DNA of 33,552 bases, taken from Octopus bimaculoides (taxonomy: Eukaryota). The position numbers were made by a program, and so were the translations under genes. The stretch spans positions 182,373,683-182,407,234 of the forward strand of contig NC_068981.1 of the NCBI RefSeq assembly GCF_001194135.2, written 5' to 3'. This document shows, piece after piece, positions 10,531 through 20,648 of the stretch. The notes beneath the pieces are model-generated. The model did no database searches and was not told the origin of the DNA. It worked only from the letters and a program-made list of their open reading frames with translations. Within the stretch, counting starts at the first letter, position 1. Each line of letters starts with the position of its first letter.

Positions 10531-11609
10531 TTGCCAAAAAAAAAATCCAAAAAGCATTTAAGGCACATAAGGTTTTATGAGTACAAAAAAGGAAACTCTG
10601 CAGCCAAAGTGACTCGAAACATGCACTCAGTTTATGAGAAAGAATGCTTGAATGAAAGAACTTGCAGTAGATGGTTTGCAAAATTCAGAAGTGGAGATTT
10701 CAGCTTTGAAGATGAAGATCGAACAGGATGTCCAGTTGAGTTTGATGATAATCTCCTTGAGGCATTACTTGAAGAAAATTCTGCATTATCAGTTGAAGAA
10801 TTGGCAATAAAGTTTAGTTCAAACCATACAATTGTTCATCGTCATCTTCAACAACTTGGAAAGGTTCATAAACTTGGAAAATGGGTGCCTCATGAATTGT
10901 CCGAAAGCAAACGCAAATCCCGAAATCTGCTCTTCTCTCCATTCTCGCGAACGCATTTNNNNNNNNNNNNNNNNNNNNNNNNNNNNNNNNNNNNNNNNNN
11001 NNNNNNNNNNNNNNNNNNNNNNNNNNNNNNNNNNNNNNNNNNNNNNNNNNNNNNNNNNNNNNNNNNNNNNNNNNNNNNNNNNNNNNNNNNNNNNNNNNNN
11101 NNNNNNNNNNNNNNNNNNNNNNNNNNNNNNNNNNNNNNNNNNNNNNNNNNNNNNNNNNNNNNNNNNNNNNNNNNNNNNNNNNNNNNNNNNNNNNNNNNNN
11201 NNNNNNNNNNNNNNNNNNNNNNNNNNNNNNNNNNNNNNNNNNNNNNNNNNNNNNNNNNNNNNNNNNNNNNNNNNNNNNNNNNNNNNNNNNNNNNNNNNNN
11301 NNAATTCCTCATCCACCTTATTCTCCCGACCTTGTTCCTTCAGACTACCATTTGTTTCGTAGTTTACAGAATCATTTGGGGGGCATAACTTTCGCAAGCC
11401 AGTCGGAGGTCAAAACTGACATTTCAGAGTTCTTTGCTTTGAAATCAAAAGAGTTTTACATTGATGGGATTAAAAAGCTTGTCAATAGATGGAAGGAAGT
11501 CATAGATAATCAGGGAAAGTACATTGATGATTAAATTTCAATTAAATATAACATTTGATCACTTGTTTTCTTTATTCAAAATTCGGACAGAACTTATGGG
11601 ATGACCTGA
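10531..11609 (+). pseudogene. Mariner (Mos1/SETMAR-like) transposase pseudogene with right TIR; centre lies in the gap
   Basis: HLRHIRFYEYKKGNSAAK..RWFAKFRSGDFSFED..WVPHEL; frameshift near 10915; after the gap PHPPYSPDLVPSDYHLFRSL..RWKEVIDNQGKYIDD*. Right TIR ends ...GGGATGACCTGA + TA (11610-11). Left TIR is missing. Confidence 0.95.
10959..11302. other. Assembly gap (344 N)
   Basis: Run of N. The size is close to the missing catalytic core of the mariner transposase. Confidence 1.
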
Positions 11610-11656
11610 TAGTAATGTACTCTACGAGTACAGACTGCATTAAAAGAAAGAGGTTA

Positions 11657-11877
11657 CAGCAATCCCTCGACTACTGCGGGAGTTACGTTCCAAAACCCCA
11701 GCGATAAGTGAAAATCCGCGAAGTAGAAACAGTACTGTACTATATATATTTTGTATTATCTTTATATTTTGTATATAGTTATTTTATTATAAATGCAAAA
11801 CAACGCCACGGAGGAATCGACGTAATCTTAAAAAATAAACTGCGATAGATGAACCGTGATATAGTGAAGGATTATTG
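11657..11877. mobile_element. Tigger/pogo-like MITE, 221 bp
   Basis: TA + CAGCAATCCCTCGACTACTGCGG ... CCGTGATATAGTGAAGGATTATTG + TA. A second copy lies at 27150-27900. Confidence 0.88.
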
Positions 11878-12107
11878 TAGTTATAATCGAAATTCATTTG
11901 ATTACATGTGTACTCAAACAGGGTTGATCTGGGAGTTTAACAAAAACAACAATAACAGAAGAAATTAGTCTTTCCTTCGTTTTGGTCCCAAACTCTTTCA
12001 GAGTATCTCAAATATAATCAAATACATTGTTTGTGATAGAATAGAAAACTGCTTTTGTGTTGCACCCTTAATACATAAAAAAAGACAGAAAATTGAAACA
12101 GCAATTG

Positions 12108-12113
12108 TTTATT
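12108..12113 (-). terminator. Candidate polyadenylation signal AATAAA of the ankyrin gene
   Basis: AATAAA on the minus strand about 120 nt after the stop codon, beyond a (GT/GC)n tract. Confidence 0.5.
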
Positions 12114-12119
12114 CTCCAT

Positions 12120-12170
12120 ACACACGAGCATGCGCGCGCGCACACACGCGCACACACGCACGCACACACG

Positions 12171-12203
<33 letters not shown>
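12120..12203. repeat. Compound (CA)n/(CG)n microsatellite in the ankyrin gene 3'UTR
   Basis: Seen directly in the sequence. Confidence 0.9.
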
Positions 12204-12206
<3 letters not shown>

Positions 12207-12233
12207 GACAAGCAATGGATGTTCGGAATGTAC

Positions 12234-12901
12234 CTATTTTACACCATGTCGCTTCAATTTCGAAAACAAGCTGCTAAAACTGAATTGTTTTCTATGATTG
12301 TTTGATATATCAGAGAATGTTATCCTCGTCGGAGGGCGCTCTGCAAACGTTACTCTTTTACGAGAATGTTCTGGGGTCTTATCAAGAGTTACAGTTCTTG
12401 GAACACAGTTTTCCAGAGCTACACTTTTCCGGTGACGATTTCCAAATAACTTTTCCTTATGCTTTGCAAAGATTGAACTCTTTTGCGTACAATTTCCAAA
12501 CGTTATTGCTTTTGGCGTTCGTTTTTCAAAGTTTAATGTTTCAGGAGGAAGGTTTTCAGTTACTGATGTGCTGCTTGAAACACGATGCTTAATCATTCTT
12601 GATGCTGAAGAACTTTCGGACGTTGTTTTACACGAAGAACATTTTTCTTGTTTCAAACTATTTGAAGGACCTTTTTCAAGTTTTACATTCATCGAAGGAG
12701 GTTTTCCTAGTTTTCCTACGCTCGAAGGACGTTTCCCCTGGGTTACTTTTTTTGTAGGACGGTTGCTCACTGTTGCAGCTTTCAGATGACTAGGAGGTTT
12801 AGTTTCTTTTGTATTTTTGTTTTCCAAGTCGGTAGATAATGGTAACCTGAATCTAAAACGGCTTCGGTTCAGCCACCACATATCCCGTTGGACATCATAA
12901 C
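12234..12901 (-). CDS. Ankyrin-repeat protein, last coding exon (basic Ser/Lys-rich tail with RKRVTF motif)
   Basis: Acceptor cctttacag at 12903-12902. Phase 1 gives (G)YDVQRD, in frame with the 215-aa ORF ending in TAA at 12236-12234. Spliced CDS is 271+207+668=1146 nt, i.e. 381 aa. Confidence 0.88.
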
Positions 12902-13025
12902 CTGTAAAGGAAATTTATAGTTTAATATATATACACCAATATGTATGTTTGCGTATGTACTTACATGTAGTGTGTGGATGTGTGTGTGTTTGTATTTGAA
13001 TATACCTACATACATATAGTTTATC

Positions 13026-13143
13026 GAAACTGAATTTGTATCTCCCGATTTGAGTTTCAGGTCACTGCAATCTTCAGATAAGAATCCGCGCCTGAAGATC
13101 GTAGTAGCATGAAGCTCAAATGGTGAGACAAAGATTCAGTTTC
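13026..13143. other. 118-nt intronic hairpin (52-nt arms, 14-nt loop, no bulges)
   Basis: GAAACTGAAT..ATTTGAGTTTCA..ATCTTCAG pairs in register with CTGAAGAT..TGAAGCTCAAAT..ATTCAGTTTC. Confidence 0.85.
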
Positions 13144-13531
13144 AGTTAATGTACTCTACAACATGTATGGAACACTCCTTTCTCATTCACTTCACACAAG
13201 TCAACATACGTCTGTTTGTGTGTGTGTGTGTGTGTTTGTGCGCACGCGCGCGTTAGCACGTGTATGTCTATTTATGTATCATACTTAATGTATATATAAA
13301 CTGTTGGCATACATGTATGCATTATTTCTCTCTGTTACACTCCCTATATCTTTCTTTTTCTGCCTGTCCTCTTCTCTTTCTTCTCCCACTCCCTTACATA
13401 AATACATACACATGCACTCATACATTCACGCCGAAAGATATGTTCTCAAACACATTTGTACAAAGCCTAACAACACATATTAGCCGTATCATAGGTACCT
13501 ACGTTCATTCCTAACACGTCACTATATTTAC

Positions 13532-13738
13532 CAGCTTTAACCAAACGCTTGGCAATGTCCTTATCTGGTAATAATTCACTATGAATGGCAGCATACAGAG
13601 CACTATGACCGTTTAGGTCAATGACTTCCAAGTCGCAGTTACTTTCGATAAGGAACTCCGCTGTATTAATACTGCCTTCCCAAAGACTAACAAGAAGTGC
13701 TGTCTGGCCACAGTTATTTCGTATTTCAGCATCAGCTC
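13532..13738 (-). CDS. Ankyrin-repeat protein, second coding exon (ANK3-4); absent from the ORF track
   Basis: Acceptor ttttgtcctcttgcag, 207 nt, phase 1 to phase 1, donor G/gtaaat. Translates (G)ADAEIRNNCGQTALLVSLWEGSINTAEFLIESNCDLEVIDLNGHSALYAAIHSELLPDKDIAKRLVKA(G). Confidence 0.92.
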
Positions 13739-15438
13739 CTGCAAGAGGACAAAAGGTAATATGAAGAATGTTGCATAAAATAAAGAAAATTAGTATCTAC
13801 TTATCTTCACATAGTATAGAAATATTTTGGGTAAGGTATTTTTCAAAACTTTTGCTTCTTTCAAGTTTAATGACTCGCTCCCGGGTGCTCTGAGTTATTC
13901 CCCCTTTATTTAAGATCATGCCATCGGCTCCTTATTGTTTAGAAACTTCAAGCAGTAGGATTTGTTGGAGGAAGAAAGAGCAAAGAAAATCTGAGATGAA
14001 GCAATATCAGATGCCTATGTTTAATATGTGTGGTTCTGGTTGGGTGAAGGTGATATTTCCTAGTTGTGCAATAATTCCTTTTCAAAGTATCTGCATTTCT
14101 TAAAAAGCTCTCACCTTGTGTTTAAATAGAGGTTTTGTTTATGAAGCTTTCAGGAGATTTTAATCTCGTCTGATGTGCATAGGTAACACTTTTTGCATTC
14201 GATTTAGATATAAAGGGGTAGCACCGACAATAGCAGCGTGGATATATATGATCGTATAGGATTATATATTTTAGATATGCTTGCTAAAAGTTCACTAGTA
14301 TATATTTTGGTCTATACAAAGATGGCAAGTTAGTATAACTAAAAGCATTATTGACCATATTTTGAACAAATTGGAAAAGGACATTACCCACACATTCTGG
14401 GTTATCCATCTGACAATAATTGTAGACCACTAGCCGCGCTACTGTTGACTTCCTTGATGCTAAACTAGTTTTTAATAGTTAACTTATACACACCTCTCAT
14501 GAAACAAAATGAAAGCTATCTCATATAAACGTAGAATCATACCAACCGCCTGATACTGTTTAGAAACCTCATGTATATCATTAGCCGCAGGATCTCTAAT
14601 GAGTTTCTAATATTCAATAGGACAGTCCTTACTTAAAAAATAAACCCTTCTTAACTCGCTGATTCAAAGAGAAAAGTTACGTATTCATTTTATTCTTCAT
14701 CCCCACAGACAAAAAAGGAGGAGAGATAAAATTATATAGTTCATATCCTTACTTCCATTTATGTAATACAGCAAGAGACCTCCTTACTCTAATAGAAAAA
14801 CACTTTTCTTCTGAACATAGATATAGAAGACTTTTTAGCACAAGCAATCTTAAAATAAATTGTATCACAAACATGAAAAATATATCTCACACACACAAAC
14901 GAAACCAAAGGTGCACATTTATGAATATTCTAATATATATCCACTAATCAGTTCCGGGATGCAGAAGGAAATTTTAAAGAATGTATCTAAGAACATCTGC
15001 TCATAAACATGTACACAAAAAAAATTTCTCTAAAATTGCCAACCGTGATTATGTACCTGTCTATCGGCGGAGGTCAATCTCCTTTAATCATAAATAAGAA
15101 TTTTGTTCCCCTTTAAACAAACGGATCATTTTTGAACGACTGTAAAAATGACAGTTATAAGGGAAAGAACTCCCACCTCCAGAGAATGAATTATTCATTT
15201 TGATAGCGACTTCACTATTACCATTTTACCATTAAAGGGAAATAACACGCATCTTCTGAGGACGAATTGATCACCTTAGAGACCCGGTTTTTTTATAGTT
15301 GTTGGAAAATGTCTTTTTTTTTTTAAAGAATTCCAAATATTTCTCATATTTCTCGGTCCTACGAAATCAATAATTGATCAGACGACATGTCTATTAGTAT
15401 TAATTTCTGAATACAAATACATTACTGTCTATAACGAG

Positions 15439-15442
<4 letters not shown>

Positions 15443-15498
<56 letters not shown>
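15443..15498. repeat. (TA)n microsatellite
   Basis: Seen directly in the sequence. Confidence 0.97.
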
Positions 15499-15500
<2 letters not shown>

Positions 15501-15844
15501 TTCAATACTATTTTATCAAACATAACAGAAGAGAGAGGTGAGGAAGGAGAGAGGGAGAAAGAGAGAGGAGAGAAGGAAGATAGGGAAAGAGCAGAGGGCG
15601 AGAAATAACAGCAAATCACTTTCGAAGTACACTCTACACCTACAAAAGCGAAAGGACGTATCGGACGGACTGTATGGTCATAGGTACTGATAAGAGAGAA
15701 AGGTGAAATGAGAACAGCTGGATTGACTTCGATAATAAGTTTGCGCAAATAGTGCTAACATGAGCTTACCAACAGTAAAAACAAATATAGCAATATAAGT
15801 GTTATATTTGTGTTGAATTATTAACCATCTTACTAAGAATAACT

Positions 15845-16162
15845 CTGAGCACCTTTTCAAACTCCACCTGTCTAACACCTGTCTAACAACTGTCTAACAC
15901 CTGTGGACATGTTTACAAAGTCAGAAAACAGCACAGCTCCCATGACTTTCGGAAACATTTTTTCACGCTAAGAGTTGCTGAAGTATGGAACAAACTGCCA
16001 GCATCAGTCGTTAGTTGTCGGAGCACTGCATCCTTCAAAACTTCCATGCTCCCTGAGATTCGCCAACACTACACCTGATTTTCTCCCCTCCATACACATG
16101 CAAGCATGTATCTGACTCATACACTGTTCACTTTTCAGACATTTGTACAATACTGCATATGC
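15845..16162 (+). mobile_element. CR1-like LINE 3' end (ORF2 C-terminus plus start of 3'UTR)
   Basis: TCGHVYKVRKQHSSHDFRKHFFTLRVAEVWNKLPASVVSCRSTASFKTSMLPEIRQHYT* is the typical CR1 terminal motif (RGH..RK.FF..RV...WN.LP..VV). Includes an 11-bp tandem ACCTGTCTAAC. Confidence 0.85.
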
Positions 16163-16163
16163 G

Positions 16164-16193
16164 CAAGAGTGGCTGTGTGGTAAATAGCTTGCT
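16164..16193 (+). mobile_element. SINE-B tRNA-like head running into the gap
   Basis: GCAAGAGTGGCTGTGTGGTAAATAGCTTGCT, an A-box-like start. Confidence 0.7.
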
Positions 16194-17115
16194 NNNNNNN
16201 NNNNNNNNNNNNNNNNNNNNNNNNNNNNNNNNNNNNNNNNNNNNNNNNNNNNNNNNNNNNNNNNNNNNNNNNNNNNNNNNNNNNNNNNNNNNNNNNNNNN
16301 NNNNNNNNNNNNNNNNNNNNNNNNNNNNNNNNNNNNNNNNNNNNNNNNNNNNNNNNNNNNNNNNNNNNNNNNNNNNNNNNNNNNNNNNNNNNNNNNNNNN
16401 NNNNNNNNNNNNNNNNNNNNNNNNNNNNNNNNNNNNNNNNNNNNNNNNNNNNNNNNNNNNNNNNNNNNNNNNNNNNNNNNNNNNNNNNNNNNNNNNNNNN
16501 NNNNNNNNNNNNNNNNNNNNNNNNNNNNNNNNNNNNNNNNNNNNNNNNNNNNNNNNNNNNNNNNNNNNNNNNNNNNNNNNNNNNNNNNNNNNNNNNNNNN
16601 NNNNNNNNNNNNNNNNNNNNNNNNNNNNNNNNNNNNNNNNNNNNNNNNNNNNNNNNNNNNNNNNNNNNNNNNNNNNNNNNNNNNNNNNNNNNNNNNNNNN
16701 NNNNNNNNNNNNNNNNNNNNNNNNNNNNNNNNNNNNNNNNNNNNNNNNNNNNNNNNNNNNNNNNNNNNNNNNNNNNNNNNNNNNNNNNNNNNNNNNNNNN
16801 NNNNNNNNNNNNNNNNNNNNNNNNNNNNNNNNNNNNNNNNNNNNNNNNNNNNNNNNNNNNNNNNNNNNNNNNNNNNNNNNNNNNNNNNNNNNNNNNNNNN
16901 NNNNNNNNNNNNNNNNNNNNNNNNNNNNNNNNNNNNNNNNNNNNNNNNNNNNNNNNNNNNNNNNNNNNNNNNNNNNNNNNNNNNNNNNNNNNNNNNNNNN
17001 NNNNNNNNNNNNNNNNNNNNNNNNNNNNNNNNNNNNNNNNNNNNNNNNNNNNNNNNNNNNNNNNNNNNNNNNNNNNNNNNNNNNNNNNNNNNNNNNNNNN
17101 NNNNNNNNNNNNNNN
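16194..17115. other. Assembly gap (922 N)
   Basis: Run of N. Confidence 1.
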
Positions 17116-17117
17116 GC

Positions 17118-17314
17118 TGTAATAACTCACACATGTATCACTCACATACACACTTTTCTTTGTATGACGGCCTGTCTTTGATTATGTTATTATATGTCGC
17201 ATTCACACTCACACACAGACATACATCTTTAACGCCATAATAAATATCTCTGTTATTCATCTTATACGGTTGTGGTCTTTCATTACTGGTCACATATGTT
17301 ATCGTCGCATAACA
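17118..17314 (+). mobile_element. LTR-like segment
   Basis: Begins TGTAATA, has AATAAA near 17238, ends CATAACA. No TSD can be verified. Confidence 0.4.
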
Positions 17315-17319
17315 TATCA

Positions 17320-17508
17320 TGTATATCATCTTTGATATATATATTTGTATGTTCGACCATGTGACACGTTTAAATAAAAGGAGTCCTCTGTTTTTCCATT
17401 CGTCACCATTGCTCCTTTTTGAGTTCGCACGGTCGTCCCTTACAATTGGTGACCCCGACGTCGGTCGTTCCTTACAATTGGTGCCCCCGATGTCGGTCCT
17501 CCCTTACA
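17320..17508 (+). mobile_element. LTR 3' end plus tRNA-Trp primer-binding site, with the junction repeated as a 32-bp unit x2.5
   Basis: AATAAA near 17370, LTR end ..CCCTTACA at 17444, then TGGTGACCCCGACGT (17447-17461), complementary to the 3' end of eukaryotic tRNA-Trp (..ACGTCGGGGTCACCA). Units are 17430-17461, 17462-17493 and 17494-17508. Confidence 0.8.
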
Positions 17509-17509
17509 T

Positions 17510-17733
17510 ATATATATATATGTGTGTGTGTGTTTGTCCCCCCAACGTCGCTTGAGAACCGACGGTGGTGTGTTTACGTCCCCGTAAGCTAGCGGTTCGG
17601 CAAAAGAACTGATATAATAAGTACTAGGCTTCCAAAGAATAAGTCCTGGGGTCGATTTGCTCGACTAAAGGCGGTGCTCAAGCATGGCCGCAGTCAAATG
17701 ACTGAAACAAGTAAAAGAGTAAAAGAGTAGAGT
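17510..17733 (+). mobile_element. SINE-B 3' half, well preserved
   Basis: TGTTTGTCCCCCCAAC..GTGTTTACGTCCCCGTAA..TAGCGGTTCGGCAAAAG..GGGGTCGATTTGCTCGACTAAAGGCGGTGCTC..ACTGAAACAAGT(AAAAGAGT)n. Confidence 0.9.
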
Positions 17734-17734
17734 A

Positions 17735-17812
17735 TGCTTTATACGCACTTTTGACAAGTTGTAGTGCACCTGAGCACTGTATACAATAATTTCATTATTA
17801 TTATTATTATTT
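17735..17812 (+). mobile_element. Resumed 3'UTR and (ATT)n tail of the CR1-like LINE
   Basis: Follows TATGC, which also precedes the SINE-B head at about 16162 (putative TSD). Ends GCACTGTATACAATAATTTC(ATT)n. Confidence 0.6.
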
Positions 17813-17829
17813 TAAGTTAAACACACAGA

Positions 17830-17877
<48 letters not shown>

Positions 17878-18029
17878 ACTTACCGGCATCAATTAACATT
17901 TTAACTATATCAGAATAGTCATAGTACGCAGCTCGGATTAATGGTGTGTCTCCATTACCATCTTTGATGTTCGGATTACAGTTTTCTTAAAATAAACAAA
18001 CAAACAAATAGATAAATAAATAAATAATT

Positions 18030-18215
18030 TTTTGAACTATAGGCACAAGGCCTGAAATTTTGGGGAGGGGTGCTAGTCGATTACATCAACCTCAGTATTC
18101 AACTGGTATTTAATTTATCGATCCCGAAAGAATGAAAAGCAAAGTCGACCTCGCCGGAATTTGAATTTAGAACACGAAGACAGACAAAATACCCTCAATC
18201 ATTTCGCCTGGTGAA
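18030..18215 (-). mobile_element. SINE-A (tail type 1)
   Basis: Core and tail match the other copies. Abuts (AAT/AAC)n. Confidence 0.88.
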
Positions 18216-18393
18216 TAATAACAACAACAACAACAATAATAATAATAATAGCAATAAAAAGAAGAGTGCCATTGTCATCAAGTAAACGATACTTCGACAT
18301 CTCGTGTGACTTCCACGGGTTAAAAAAATAAACAATGGCACTCTTCTTTTTCTTTGCTTCTATATCTTCTGGAGGAGTTACCTCAATCCTATA

Positions 18394-18436
<43 letters not shown>

Positions 18437-18438
<2 letters not shown>

Positions 18439-18492
18439 CTTTTCTATTCTAGGCACAAAGTCCGAAATTTTGGGAGAGGGGGGGGGGCAGTC
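18437..18492 (-). mobile_element. SINE-A tail fragment after (AAT)n
   Basis: TTTTCTATTCTAGGCACAAAGTCCGAAATTTTGGGAGAGGG. Confidence 0.75.
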
Positions 18493-18603
18493 TTCATATA
18501 AATCCACCTGTTTTTCCTCTTCTCTTTCCCCGTTCTCGTGTAAATGTCCGCGCGCGCACACACACACAGAGAATATCATAATACGCTTATTATGTATACA
18601 GAC

Positions 18604-18874
18604 CACAATTAATAAACAGCTCTACAATCTGTGCACAGCCTCTTTCCACAGCCTCATGAAGAGGTGTCAGTCCGTTGGTCCTTCTGGCGTTCGGGTTGGC
18701 TCCGGCTTTAAGGAGAAGCGTAGCGCTAGTTACTCGCGAATAACTGGTTGCTATGTGGAGAGGGGATTTTCCTTCTTCATCTGTTATATCAACTGTTGAG
18801 CTGTGACGGTTTAAATAATTCTCCAAACTGATCACACAGTTTTGGTAGACCCAGTCATGTAGGTTGGTAGGCAT
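18604..18874 (-). CDS. Ankyrin-repeat protein, first coding exon (N-cap plus ANK1-2)
   Basis: MPTNLHDW...GKSPLHIA...LLLKAGANPN...GLTPLHEAVERGCAQIVELFINC-G. Acceptor tttag at 18891-18890 gives a 15-nt UTR with an in-frame upstream TAA. Phase-1 donor G/gtctgt at 18603. Confidence 0.9.
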
Positions 18875-19227
18875 CGTTTATTTTACGTTCTAAATGTTTA
18901 AGGAAAAATACAAAAAAAAAACATGCATGCCATTAAATAAGCTGATAGCTTTTCGTGTGAACATAAAGAAAACCAAAATTTACTTATACCATACGATATT
19001 ATACAACAATCGATTTAACTATTCCTGGCTACGAGTATAATAACTGCACCTATCTGTCAGCCATGTTGAGCCAGTGTAGTAGAGTAGGGTCAGCAAACCA
19101 GTATAACCTCAAACTCAAATTCACGACCTCTACATCGGCTCCTGAAGAGAACATGCTAAGAACACTGCAAGACCTTCGTTGTGCAGCGGACTGAACATGA
19201 GCAATCCAAACCAATTCAATCTAATCT

Positions 19228-19419
19228 AGATTTTAATTTTGACCGGCCACCTACTTGGTAACAAGACAGTGAGGGAAAGCATTTCGTTATAACCATCATC
19301 CTTTAAATTGTGAGAAGGTATTGCAGATTTTTATGGTCTCAGATATCGGGACCATTTGTAGCGTATGAATTAAGGATTTGTCTTCTCTCCCCAAGATCCC
19401 AAGTTCAGCTATACATTGG
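19228..19419 (-). mobile_element. REL retrotransposon family 3, 3' end, copy 1
   Basis: CIAELGILGREDKSLIHTLQMVPISETIKICNTFSQFKG* aligns with the C-termini of families 1 and 2 (LGF..LI..LQ..S..GTVKICKTF). By eye about 90% identical to 20954-21143. Confidence 0.75.
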
Positions 19420-19558
19420 TTAGTTGGTGATTTGTGTGACTGTGTCTGATTTGTTCCATTTAGGGAAAGAAAGATTTTATAGAAAATGTGCGTTATGTTT
19501 AGGGATGCTCTATCCATGTATATTTTACTGCGTGTACATACAGGGAAGCTAAAATATT

Positions 19559-19792
19559 GTGTGTGTGTGTGTGTGTGTATGTGTTTGTCCCCAACAAATG
19601 CTTGACAACTGGTGTTGATGTGTTTACGCCCCTGTAATTTAGCGGTCCGGCAAAAAGTGACCGATAAACTAAGTACAAGGCTTTACAAAAAAATAATAAA
19701 TATTGGGGTCGATAAATCCGGTTAAAATTCTTCAAGACGGTGCTCCAGCATGGCTGCAGTCTGATGACTGAAACAAGTAAAAGGTAAAAGAT
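19559..19792 (+). mobile_element. SINE-B 3' half
   Basis: Aligns to 17510-17733 after a (GT)n tract. Confidence 0.88.
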
Positions 19793-19914
19793 TTGTTTTA
19801 ATTAATTTTGAAAATAATGAAGTGTTTGTTAAAAATAAAGACTTCGTCATTTGTTAAGCCGGTGTCTGGAATACAAATTAGTTTCAAATTACGTCACTAA
19901 GTCAGCAATTTCGA

Positions 19915-20085
19915 AGGAGGAGCTTAGACGATTACATCGACCCCAGCGTTGAACTGGTACTTGTTTTATCGATCTCGAAAAGATGAAGGGCAAAGTCGAC
20001 ATTGTCAGAATTTGAACTCAACGTAAAAACGGACGATATACTAGTAAACATTTTAATGAGGGTTGTTAACGATTCAGCCAGTGTG
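19915..20085 (-). mobile_element. SINE-A, degenerate
   Basis: GATTACATCGACCCCAG..ACTGGTACTT..GGCAAAGTCGAC..GAATTTGAACTC. Confidence 0.8.
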
Positions 20086-20371
20086 GAACGCAAATTAACA
20101 AAACATTTTGATGGAGGTTTTAATTTGAACCACTTTAAAACAGTAAATTTATATGACAGAACGAGGGATGGGTTCAGGCAGGTTTGTATCAAAAGGTGAA
20201 ATGTGAATTTAGAAGTGGGATAGAAAAACTAAAGGTTTCTAATTATCCATAAACATTCTCTTTCTCACTGAATTTATGAGAAATATTCACATCTGCAAGG
20301 CTGCTGGCCTCCTCTATGACTATGCTTGTATGTCTGTATGTATGTATGTATGTATGTATGTATGTATGTAT

Positions 20372-20603
20372 GTCTCTTCTATTTTTTAATTACTATAAAT
20401 TTTTCACTGAGGACGAAGCCGGTTTCCAAAAATGATACAGACAAATTCACATTTTGAATTTGAGAAAAGTCTTGCATATTTTTACTGTTCCACTCACAGA
20501 TTGCACTTATACGAATTAGCCGGTCGATTTCTCTTTCTGAAAATCCTAGTTTATCCAGATTCTCCTTTAAGCATTTACTAACAAAATCTAGTGCTCCAAT
20601 TAT
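20372..20603 (-). mobile_element. REL family 1, 5'-truncated copy between two (TATG)n tracts
   Basis: Reverse complement of about 9385-9650 (IIGALDFVSKCLKENLDKLGFSEREIDRLI..), with a 3'UTR deletion. Confidence 0.88.
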
Positions 20604-20648
20604 TGTATGTATGCTTTTATGTATGTATGTATGTATGTATGTATGTAT

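Noticed and set aside
7580-12100. Expected head-to-head biotinidase (BTD) partner, as at human HACL1
   Set aside because: I found no BTD-like exon upstream. The neighbour is the co-oriented ankyrin gene.
14110-14480. Minus-strand fragments (HAAIVGATPLYLNRMQK) faintly like a jockey-type RT C-terminal region or an extra ankyrin exon
   Set aside because: Stops and frameshifts, no usable splice pair, and the ankyrin exons already join in frame without it.
16004-17181. 340-376 aa ORFs, and similar ORFs over 10819-11397 and 21535-22060
   Set aside because: They are artefacts of translating through N runs. Only the mariner frames are real.
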